Of a DNA stretch of 42,185 nucleotides, positions 8,250 through 17,086 are shown in pieces. The translations under genes were made by a program, and so were the position numbers. The number at the start of each line of letters is the position of its first letter. Positions within the stretch are counted from its first letter, which is position 1. Under the pieces are notes generated by a model. It was given only the letters and a program-made list of their open reading frames with translations, had not been told where the DNA came from and made no database searches. Origin of the DNA: Clostridia bacterium. GTDB taxonomy: Bacteria > Bacillota > Clostridia > UMGS1883. Location: positions 1-42,185 of the forward strand of contig JAFTUL010000008.1 in assembly GCA_017466275.1 (NCBI GenBank), written 5' to 3'.

Positions 8250-9152
8250 TTACGCCATAAGTTTAACCATAACTGCCTTTTGTGCGTGGAGTCTGTTTTC
8301 AGCTTCTTCAAAAATTTCGTCTGCGTGCTGTTCGATTATCTCAGCGGTGATCTCCTCACCACGGTGTGCGGGAAGACAATGAAGAACCATTGCACCGTCA
8401 TTTGCAACCTGCATAAGCTCAGAATTAATCTGATAATCCTTGAAGATTTTTGCTCTTTCCTGAAATTCTTCTTCCTGCCCCATAGATGCCCATACATCTG
8501 TATAAAGAACATCTGCAGCGGAAGCAGCTTCCTTAATATCGGAAGTACAGGTGAATTTTCCAGTTTCATATGCCCACTTCATAATGTCGGCATCAGGCTC
8601 ATACCCCTTGGGACAGGCGATGGAAACTTCCATACCCATCTTGATACCGCCGACGATAAGGGAGTTTGCCATATTGTTACCGTCACCCACGAAACACATC
8701 TTGAGTCCCTCAAGCTTGCCTTTCTTTTCACGTATTGTCATAAGGTCAGCAAGCACCTGACAGGGATGACAGTAGTCTGTAAGACCGTTTATAATCGGAA
8801 TGTTACCGAATGCTGCCAAATCCTCAACCTCTTTCTGTTCAAAAGTACGAATCATAATACCGTCAAGAAATCTGGAAAGAACACGTGCTGTATCCTGAAT
8901 AACCTCACCACGGCCTATCTGCAGGTCGCGTGGGCTTAAGAAAAGCGCTGTACCGCCAAGGTCAAATATACCAACTTCAAAAGATACTCTTGTTCTTGTG
9001 GAAGACTTCTGGAAAATCATACCGAGAGTCTTACCTTTCAAAAGGTGATGCTCGATACCGTTTTTCTTTTCATACTTCAGCTTATCCGCAAGGTCAAGAA
9101 TTTCTACAATCTCTTCCTTGGTAAGGTCACCGAGTTTTAATAAGTGTTTCAT
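8250..9152 (-). CDS. argF: Ornithine carbamoyltransferase
   Basis: 300-aa ORF with the carbamoyl-phosphate motif SSTRTR, ornithine-site motifs DVWASMG and HCLPAHRGEE. Stop/start overlap with argD. Confidence 0.95.
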   Translation of the reverse strand: MKHLLKLGDLTKEEIVEILDLADKLKYEKKNGIEHHLLKGKTLGMIFQKSSTRTRVSFEVGIFDLGGTALFLSPRDLQIGRGEVIQDTARVLSRFLDGIMIRTFEQKEVEDLAAFGNIPIINGLTDYCHPCQVLADLMTIREKKGKLEGLKMCFVGDGNNMANSLIVGGIKMGMEVSIACPKGYEPDADIMKWAYETGKFTCTSDIKEAASAADVLYTDVWASMGQEEEFQERAKIFKDYQINSELMQVANDGAMVLHCLPAHRGEEITAEIIEQHADEIFEEAENRLHAQKAVMVKLMA

Positions 9153-10312
9153 AATTTACATGCCTCCTTGATTATGTCAAGAGCTTTTATAAGCTCATTG
9201 GTTTCTATGTTAAGCGGGGGAAGAAGTCTTACCTTATCCTTTGCAGTAAGTACCAACACACCCTTATCTATGCAGTAGTTTACAACTTCCTTTGCTTCCT
9301 TGGTTGTTTTAATTCCCATCATCAGTCCAAGACCGGAGATGCTTTCAATACCCTCTGCCCCCGAAAGTGTTTCACGGATAAGGTTAGCTTTTTTAGTAAC
9401 CTCCTCCAAGAATTCATCGGTAAGTCTTGACAGAACATTTACCGCACCGCTGCAGCAAACGGGGTTTCCGCCGAAGGTGGAGCCGTTAAGTCCGGGTTCA
9501 AAAATATCCTTTACCTTTTCACCGAGCATTGTTGCACCGAGGGGAAGACCGCCTGCAAGTCCCTTTGCAGTTGAAACAACATCAGGCTTGATACCGTAGT
9601 GCATATATGCGTAAAGCTTACCCGTTCTGCCGTTTCCTGTCTGTACCTCGTCAATAATCAGTACAAGGTCGTTTTCCTTGCAGAGTCTGGCTGCTTCTTC
9701 AATAAATTCTTTATCAAGAGCGTTAACGCCGCCCTCACCCTGAACAATTTCAATCATTATACCGCAGCACTTGTTGTTTTTGACTGCTTCATTAAGCGAG
9801 TTGATGTCATTGGGTGTTGCGTGCACAAAGCCCTCTGTAAGTGGAAGAAATTCCTTGTGGAAGTTTTCCTGTCCCGTTGCAGCAAGTGTTGTATGTGTTC
9901 TTCCGTGGAAGCTTTTTTCAAGAGTTACTATTGTATAGTAATCAGCACCTTTGTTGAGTGCACCGTACCTTCGTGCAACCTTTATGGCACATTCGTTTGC
10001 TTCTGCGCCGGAGTTGGAGAAGAATACATTCTTCATCCCCGTCCTTTCGCAGATCATCTGGGCAAGGTCAGCACAAGGTGATGTGTAGTAGAGGTTGGAG
10101 GTATGGGCAAATTTGTCAAGCTGTGCCTTTACTGCATCCACCCACTCGCTGTCACACGCACCGAATGTATTTACGGCAATACCGCTTCCTAAATCGATAT
10201 ATTCCTTACCGTCGCTGCCCTTAAGGATTGCTCCCTTTCCTCCGACAATTTCCACGGGGAAACGGCCATAGGTAGGTGCGACAAACTTACTGTCTTTTTC
10301 AAATGTGTTCAT
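9149..10312 (-). CDS. argD: Acetylornithine aminotransferase
   Basis: Class-III PLP aminotransferase with the PLP-lysine context DVVSTAKGLAGG. Preferred start is ATG 10312 (MNTFEKD) with RBS AAGGAG 7 nt upstream; the ORF track start 10336 contains that RBS. Confidence 0.93.
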   Translation of the reverse strand: MNTFEKDSKFVAPTYGRFPVEIVGGKGAILKGSDGKEYIDLGSGIAVNTFGACDSEWVDAVKAQLDKFAHTSNLYYTSPCADLAQMICERTGMKNVFFSNSGAEANECAIKVARRYGALNKGADYYTIVTLEKSFHGRTHTTLAATGQENFHKEFLPLTEGFVHATPNDINSLNEAVKNNKCCGIMIEIVQGEGGVNALDKEFIEEAARLCKENDLVLIIDEVQTGNGRTGKLYAYMHYGIKPDVVSTAKGLAGGLPLGATMLGEKVKDIFEPGLNGSTFGGNPVCCSGAVNVLSRLTDEFLEEVTKKANLIRETLSGAEGIESISGLGLMMGIKTTKEAKEVVNYCIDKGVLVLTAKDKVRLLPPLNIETNELIKALDIIKEACKL

Positions 10313-10377
10313 AGTCAGACTCCTTTTATATCCCAAATTACGGTGCGTACATAAAGTACTGCACCGTAAAAATAAGT

Positions 10378-11232
10378 TTACTCTCCCTTGACAAACATAG
10401 TACCGATACCTTCGTTGGTCAAGGTTTCGATAAGTATGGAATGGGGGATTCTGCCGTCAATTATAAATACTTTTCTCACACCGCTGTTGATTGCATCAAT
10501 ACAGCACTCAACCTTGGGAATCATACCGCCGGAGATAACACCCTCCTCAACAAGCTTGGGTGCTTCATTCACAACGATTTTGGAAATAAGAGTAGAGGGG
10601 TCATCCTTATCACGAAGAATACCCTCAATATCAGTCATGGAAATAAGACTTTCAGCACCTAAAATTCCTGCAATTTTGGATGCTGCTGTATCAGCGTTGA
10701 TATTATAAACATTGCCCTCTTTGTCACAGCCCACTGTGGAAATTACGGGAATATAACCCTTTTCCAATACATCTGTAATAGGCTCTACATTAACATTGGT
10801 AATTTCACCAACGAAGCCCAGTTCGGGATTGAGAACTTCTGCCTCAATCATATGACCGTCAATACCGCAAAGGCCGACAGCCTTACCACCTTTGTGATGA
10901 AGAAGGTTTACAAGATTCTTGTTAACCTTACCTGCAAGTACCATTTGTACAATGTCAACTGTTTCTTTATCAGTAACACGCAGACCGTTTACAAACTGGG
11001 ATTCCTTGCCGACAGCCTTGAGCATCTGAGTGATTTCGGGACCGCCACCGTGAACGAGGACTACTTTAATACCGATAAGGGAAAGAAGAACAATATCCCC
11101 CATAACGGCATCCTTAAGCTCGTCATTAATCATTGCATTACCGCCGTACTTAACAACGATAATTTTATCTGTATATTTCTGTATGTAAGGAAGTGCCTGT
11201 GTAAGGACTTCTGCGCGCTGTGCGTTTGTCAT
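10378..11232 (-). CDS. argB: Acetylglutamate kinase
   Basis: Amino-acid kinase fold with IVVKYGGNAM, VLVHGGGP and NINADTAA. Preferred start is ATG 11232 (MTNAQRAE) with RBS GGAGGAA upstream. Confidence 0.95.
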   Translation of the reverse strand: MTNAQRAEVLTQALPYIQKYTDKIIVVKYGGNAMINDELKDAVMGDIVLLSLIGIKVVLVHGGGPEITQMLKAVGKESQFVNGLRVTDKETVDIVQMVLAGKVNKNLVNLLHHKGGKAVGLCGIDGHMIEAEVLNPELGFVGEITNVNVEPITDVLEKGYIPVISTVGCDKEGNVYNINADTAASKIAGILGAESLISMTDIEGILRDKDDPSTLISKIVVNEAPKLVEEGVISGGMIPKVECCIDAINSGVRKVFIIDGRIPHSILIETLTNEGIGTMFVKGE

Positions 11233-11267
11233 TGTTCTTTCCTCCAAAACTTTTCTTCGTTACAGTA

Positions 11268-12509
11268 TCATGTGCGGTAGTCACCGTTGATTTTTACATA
11301 ATCGTAAGTCAGGTCGCATCCCCAGGCAGTGGCAGATACATCACCGTCGTTAAGGTTTATTATAATATTAATTTCCTTTTCAAGCAATATTTTCTTTGCA
11401 ATTTCTTCAGAAAAATCTACACCTGCACCGTTTTTGCAAACTGCAATTGTTCCCTCTTTAGAACTGAAAGATACGTCGATTTTGTTAACATCCACATCTG
11501 CACCACTGTAACCGATTGCACAAAGCACTCTGCCCCAGTTTGCATCTGCACCGAACATAGCCGCTTTAAGCAGGGAAGAGCAGATAACGGATTTTGCAAC
11601 TGTTTTTGCACATTTTTCATCCTTTGCACCGCTTACCGCACACTCAAGAAGCTTTGTTGCACCCTCGCCATCACCTGCAATCATCTTGCACAGATGGATT
11701 GTAACTGTGTTAAGAGCCTTTGCAAAAATTTCAAAATCCTCGCCCTCAGACTCAATCATAGTATTTCCTGCAAGGCCGTTTGCCATAACACTGACCATAT
11801 CATTTGTGGAGGTATCACCGTCAATGCTAATCATATTGAAAGTGTTCTTTATATCTGTTGAAAGTGCTTTCTGAAGCATTTCGGGAGAAATTGCGGCATC
11901 TGTTGTAATGAACACAAGCATTGTTGCCATATTGGGATGAATCATACCGCTGCCTTTAGCAATACCTGCAATCTTACACTCCTTACCGCCAAGGGTAAAG
12001 CTTACTGCAATTTCCTTTTTTACAAGGTCTGTTGTGAGGATTGCTTCGGAAGCATAATCTGCGTGCTCGCTGTCTTTGCCTAGACCTGCTGCAAGCTCTT
12101 TCATTCCGTTTGCAATCGGTTCAAGGTCAAGAGGCTGACCTATAACACCGGTAGATGCTACGATAACATCCTCAGCCTTGACATCTGTATGTTCCGAAAC
12201 AAGCTTGCACATTGCTTCTGCAATTTCTATTCCGTTTGCGTTACAGGTGTTTGCATTACCGCTGTTGCAGATAACTGCCTGTGCGTAACCGTTTGCAATG
12301 TTGTTTTTTGTAACTGTAAGGGGAGCACCCTTAACGAGATTCGTTGTATATGTAGCAGCCGCAGCAGCGGGAACATCACTTACGATAAGTGCAATGTCAC
12401 GCTTTGTACGGTTTTTACGGATTCCGCAGTGAATACCGTTTGCAGAAAACCCTTTCGGAGCACATACGCCACCATCTATTATTTTAAACATCTGTATCAT
12501 TCCTTTCAT
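11268..12509 (-). CDS. argJ: Bifunctional ornithine acetyltransferase / N-acetylglutamate synthase
   Basis: 413-aa ORF with the autoproteolysis site MATMLVFITTDA. ATG 12509 overlaps the argC stop (ATGA). An alternative start is ATG 12491 (MFKIIDGGV) with RBS AAAGGAA. Confidence 0.95.
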   Translation of the reverse strand: MKGMIQMFKIIDGGVCAPKGFSANGIHCGIRKNRTKRDIALIVSDVPAAAAATYTTNLVKGAPLTVTKNNIANGYAQAVICNSGNANTCNANGIEIAEAMCKLVSEHTDVKAEDVIVASTGVIGQPLDLEPIANGMKELAAGLGKDSEHADYASEAILTTDLVKKEIAVSFTLGGKECKIAGIAKGSGMIHPNMATMLVFITTDAAISPEMLQKALSTDIKNTFNMISIDGDTSTNDMVSVMANGLAGNTMIESEGEDFEIFAKALNTVTIHLCKMIAGDGEGATKLLECAVSGAKDEKCAKTVAKSVICSSLLKAAMFGADANWGRVLCAIGYSGADVDVNKIDVSFSSKEGTIAVCKNGAGVDFSEEIAKKILLEKEINIIINLNDGDVSATAWGCDLTYDYVKINGDYRT

Positions 12510-13437
12510 ATATCGAGCATTGCAGAGGGTTTTTCACCCATTACAATGTTCATACATTCAAGTGCCGCACCGGAGGCACCCTTACCGAGATTGTCATATC
12601 TTGCAATGAGGAGGATTCTCTCATCATTACCGGAAACGGTTATCTGCATTGAATCCTTGAAAGAAAGTGCATTTGCACGTATAAGTCCGCTTTCATCAAT
12701 GCTTTCAAGATAAGTAACAATTTCGCCTGTATATTTTTCTTTGTATGCCTTTTTAATATCTTCTACGGTAAATCCGTCGTTAAGCTGGCTTTTGAAAATC
12801 GGTACGGTTACTGCCATACCACTGTAAAAATCCGATACAATGGGGCAGAATATGGGGGCATTTGTAAGCCCTGTCACCTTGCCCATTTCGGGAAGATGCT
12901 TGTGGGTCTGACCAAGTGCATACTGACGGGGAGCATCGAAAAGCTTATTTCTTTCTTCATCCTCATATTCTGCAATCATTTTCTTACCACCGCCGCTGTA
13001 ACCTGTAATGCTGTGGCAGGTGAGAAGAGTGTCTTTGTCAATAATCCCATTTTCAATGAGGGGGTATACAAGAGCAATGAATCCGCTTGCGTGACAGCCT
13101 GGCACTGCAATTCTTTTTGCAGAAGCTACCTTTTCAAAATGCTCCTTTGAAAGCTCGGGAAAACCGTATGCCCAGTTATCATTTGTTCTGTGTGCCGTGG
13201 AGGTGTCAAGAACAACTACGTTTTCATTTTCAATCATATTTACTGCTTCTATTGCCGCCGCGTCGGAAGACAAAGGAACGCAATGTCGCAGGAATTAAGT
13301 GCTTTCTTTCTTGCATCGTTATCCTTGCGAAGCTCCTCGGGAAGCTTTATAAGTTCTATATCATTTCTTTTGGAAAGCCTTTCGACTATCCTCAGACCCG
13401 TAGTGCCGGCACTGCCGTCAATAAATACCTTTTTCAT
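12506..13437 (-). pseudogene. argC: N-acetyl-gamma-glutamyl-phosphate reductase (short/type-2 form) interrupted by a 1-nt frameshift
   Basis: Two adjacent ORFs together cover one ArgC. The 5' part MKKVFIDGSAGTTGLRI...DIAFLCLP then reads TRRQ-stop (stop 13249-13251). The 3' part continues in another frame as (S)DAAAIEAVNM...VPGCHASG... The frames switch at ~13262-13267 (CTT CCG ACG versus expected CTT CCN GAC). Confidence 0.85.
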
Positions 13438-13473
13438 AACAAAATCGCTCCAATACAATATCACGTTTTGTAT

Positions 13474-13522
13474 ATTCTAACTCATAATGCATAAATATGC
13501 AAGCTTTTTGCATAAAAATTCT
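13474..13522 (-). promoter_or_regulatory. argC operon promoter (-35 TTGCAT, 17 nt, -10 TAGAAT) overlapped by ARG-box-like operators
   Basis: The minus strand reads TTGCAT (13502-13497), a 17-nt spacer, then TAGAAT (13479-13474). TGCATAAATATGCA (13488-13501) lies between -35 and -10, and TGCATAAAAATTCT (13509-13522) lies just upstream. The block 13497-13530 is ~90% identical to 3079-3112. Confidence 0.55.
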
Positions 13523-13691
13523 TAAAAATTTTATAAAACGCCAAAAATAGCTTGAAAAAGCAGATGTAATTTGTGCATAAATATAAAAAATGGAAATATC
13601 TCCGCAACAAATCAATTTATTATAGCATATAATAGGTAATTAGTAAAGAAAAAATTTGACAAATAGTAGCAATTATCGGCTATTAATTTTG

Positions 13692-13719
13692 TTGACTTTT
13701 CACCTCTTTATGGTATAAT
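13692..13719 (+). promoter_or_regulatory. Putative sigma-A promoter of the RNase J gene
   Basis: TTGACT (13692-13697), a 16-nt spacer, then an extended -10 TGgTATAAT (13711-13719). This implies a ~130-nt leader before the ATG. Confidence 0.6.
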
Positions 13720-13854
13720 TAGTCATTGAAGAGACGTATAATAAAGTATGTTCTCAGTAGTACTGAATACAGCGGTAAAGGATATGAAGCAATGTACATA
13801 GGAGATGTTCAGGACATATTCTTTGTAAACCGTAGATATGAAAAGGAGAAAATA

Positions 13855-15522
13855 ATGGCAAAAAAATTAAAATTGAAGATGATTCCTCTTGGCGGATTGA
13901 ATGAAATCGGCAAGAATATTACTGCATTTGAAATCGGCGGTGAAATTCTTGTTGTCGATTGCGGTATGGCATTCCCCGAGGACGGAATGTTCGGTGTAGA
14001 CTGCGTAATTCCCGATATGACATATCTTATCAATAATAAAGACAAGGTAAAGGGCGTAGTAATAACTCACGGACACGAGGACCATATAGGAAGTATTGCA
14101 TATCTTTTGCGCAGTGTAAATGTTCCTGTTTACGGAACACGTCTTGCCTGCGGACTTATAGAGCAGAAGCTTAAAGAACACGGAATTTTGTCTGTTGCCA
14201 AGCTTAACCGTGTGAAGGCAGGAGATACAGCTAAAATCGGTAAGAATATCAGCGTTGAATTTATCCGTGTAAATCACAGTATCAGTGATGCTGTCGGTAT
14301 GGCAATAAAAACCCCCGTGGGTACTGTTGTTCATACGGGTGACTTCAAAATTGACTGTACTCCGATTGAGGGCAATATGATTGACCTTGCACGCTTTGGC
14401 GAGCTTGGAAAACAGGGTGTACTCGCCCTTATGAGCGACTCAACAAACGTAGAGCGTGCCGGTTATACAATGAGTGAAAGAACTGTCGGTGAAACCTTTG
14501 AAACACTTTTCAAAGGAACCCGTTCGAGAATATTTGTTGCAACCTTTGCATCCAATGTCGACCGTGTTCAGCAGGTAATAAATGCCGCCGTCCGCAACCG
14601 CAGAAAGGTTGCTGTGTCGGGCAGAAGTATGGTTAATATAATTGATGTTGCATCAACTCTCGGCTACCTTAAAATTCCCGAGGGAACAATGATTCCTATT
14701 GAGGATGTTAAGAAGTATCAGGACCATCAGCTTGTAATCATCACAACGGGAAGTCAGGGTGAGCCTATGAGTGCTCTTACCCGTATGGCATTTTCCGACC
14801 ATAAAAAGGTGGAGATTGGTAAGGGCGACCTTGTAATTATTTCAGCATCTCCCATCCCCGGAAACGAAAAAACCGTATCAAATGTAATTAATGAGCTTTA
14901 CAGAAAGGGTGCCGAGGTTGTACATTCTGCACTTACAGAGGTACACGTATCGGGACACGCCTGCAGGGAAGAGCTTAAAATAATAATGGGACTTGTAAAA
15001 CCCAAATACTTTGTTCCCGTACACGGGGAAAGCCGTCACCTCCGCCGTCACGCAATGCTGGCAGAGGAAATGGGAATCCCCAGAAAAAATATTTTCAAGC
15101 TTGAAAACGGCAGTGTGCTTGAATTTACGGCGGACAGTGCCAAGGTTACGGGCAATGTTCAGGCAGGTGACCTTTTAGTTGACGGCTACGGTGTAGGCGA
15201 TGTAGGAAATATCGTACTCCGCGACAGAAAACACCTTGCTGAAGACGGTATAATAATGGTTGTTATGGCAATCAACGGAAAAACACACAAAATGTCTGCA
15301 GAGCCGGAGGTTATCACAAGAGGATTTATATATATGCGTGATAACGAGGGACTTATGGAGGAAATGAAGAGGATTGTGACGATTGCTCTTCAGGATACCC
15401 TTATTTCTAAAAACCGCGACTGGAACACTATCAAATACAATGTGAAGAATGCATTGGGAAGCTATATTTATGAGGGAACTCACAGAAAACCAATGATATT
15501 GCCCGTAATTATGGACGTGTGA
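13855..15522 (+). CDS. rnj: Ribonuclease J (metallo-beta-lactamase / beta-CASP family)
   Basis: HGHEDHIG motif and a 555-aa length typical of RNase J when started at ATG 13855 (MAKKLKLKMIPLGG), with RBS AAGGAG at 13843-13848. The ORF track start 13726 lacks an RBS. Confidence 0.93.
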   Translation: MAKKLKLKMIPLGGLNEIGKNITAFEIGGEILVVDCGMAFPEDGMFGVDCVIPDMTYLINNKDKVKGVVITHGHEDHIGSIAYLLRSVNVPVYGTRLACGLIEQKLKEHGILSVAKLNRVKAGDTAKIGKNISVEFIRVNHSISDAVGMAIKTPVGTVVHTGDFKIDCTPIEGNMIDLARFGELGKQGVLALMSDSTNVERAGYTMSERTVGETFETLFKGTRSRIFVATFASNVDRVQQVINAAVRNRRKVAVSGRSMVNIIDVASTLGYLKIPEGTMIPIEDVKKYQDHQLVIITTGSQGEPMSALTRMAFSDHKKVEIGKGDLVIISASPIPGNEKTVSNVINELYRKGAEVVHSALTEVHVSGHACREELKIIMGLVKPKYFVPVHGESRHLRRHAMLAEEMGIPRKNIFKLENGSVLEFTADSAKVTGNVQAGDLLVDGYGVGDVGNIVLRDRKHLAEDGIIMVVMAINGKTHKMSAEPEVITRGFIYMRDNEGLMEEMKRIVTIALQDTLISKNRDWNTIKYNVKNALGSYIYEGTHRKPMILPVIMDV

Positions 15523-15531
15523 GAAAACTAA

Positions 15532-16671
<1,140 letters not shown>

Positions 16672-16675
16672 AACT

Positions 16676-16706
16676 AAAATAAGCTCCCTATATGGGAGCT
16701 TATTTT
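16676..16706. terminator. Bidirectional Rho-independent terminator between the convergent tgt and small membrane-protein genes
   Basis: 13-bp stem AAAATAAGCTCCC / GGGAGCTTATTTT with a 5-nt loop and A/T tracts on both sides. Confidence 0.85.
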
Positions 16707-16722
16707 AGTTTCCACAACTTTT

Positions 16723-16995
16723 TTATCTTATAGCCATAAGGTAGGCAGTCAATACTGCTGTCATAAATGTGTACAGAGTTACACCGATAAAAAATCCTGC
16801 ACGGCTTTTTTTCTTCTGACTTTGAATCGGCGGGGCTTCAAGGGATTTTACGTACATATCTACAATTTTTTGTGCTTCTATTACTGCATCGCTTTCATTT
16901 GTTACCACTTCGTCACGCAGTATGAAAATAGCTTGTTCAATTCTTGGCGAATTTAGATTGTTCAAAACAACGATTTTCCGTGTGTTATTATTCAT
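16723..16995 (-). CDS. Hypothetical small protein with a single C-terminal transmembrane anchor
   Basis: ~90-aa ORF with a soluble N-terminal part, a basic stretch QKKKSR, then the hydrophobic tail AGFFIGVTLYTFMTAVLTAYLMAI. RBS GGAG lies 9 nt before ATG 16995; the ORF-track ATG 17004 abuts the RBS. I recognise no family. Confidence 0.55.
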   Translation of the reverse strand: MNNNTRKIVVLNNLNSPRIEQAIFILRDEVVTNESDAVIEAQKIVDMYVKSLEAPPIQSQKKKSRAGFFIGVTLYTFMTAVLTAYLMAIR

Positions 16996-17086
16996 AATAT
17001 TCATCTCCTATCTATGGAAATTATTGACATACTTGCGTGATGTTATACACTTCTAATAAACTTTCTTTTGCGAAAGGCTGACCTTG

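Noticed and set aside
8115-8939. 274-aa plus-strand ORF across carA/argF. Similar long antisense ORFs occur at 1869-2576, 6438-7124, 9599-10081, 11220-11861, 12189-12713, 21676-22377, 26370-27134, 30155-30727 and 36917-37609.
   Set aside because: - All overlap well-supported genes on the opposite strand.
- They have Cys/Phe/Leu-rich nonsense-like composition and no RBS.
- They are shadow ORFs.
13726-13854. 43-codon N-terminal extension of RNase J in the ORF track.
   Set aside because: - There is no RBS at 13726, which lies within the predicted promoter-proximal leader.
- ATG 13855 has an AAGGAG RBS and gives the canonical 555-aa RNase J.
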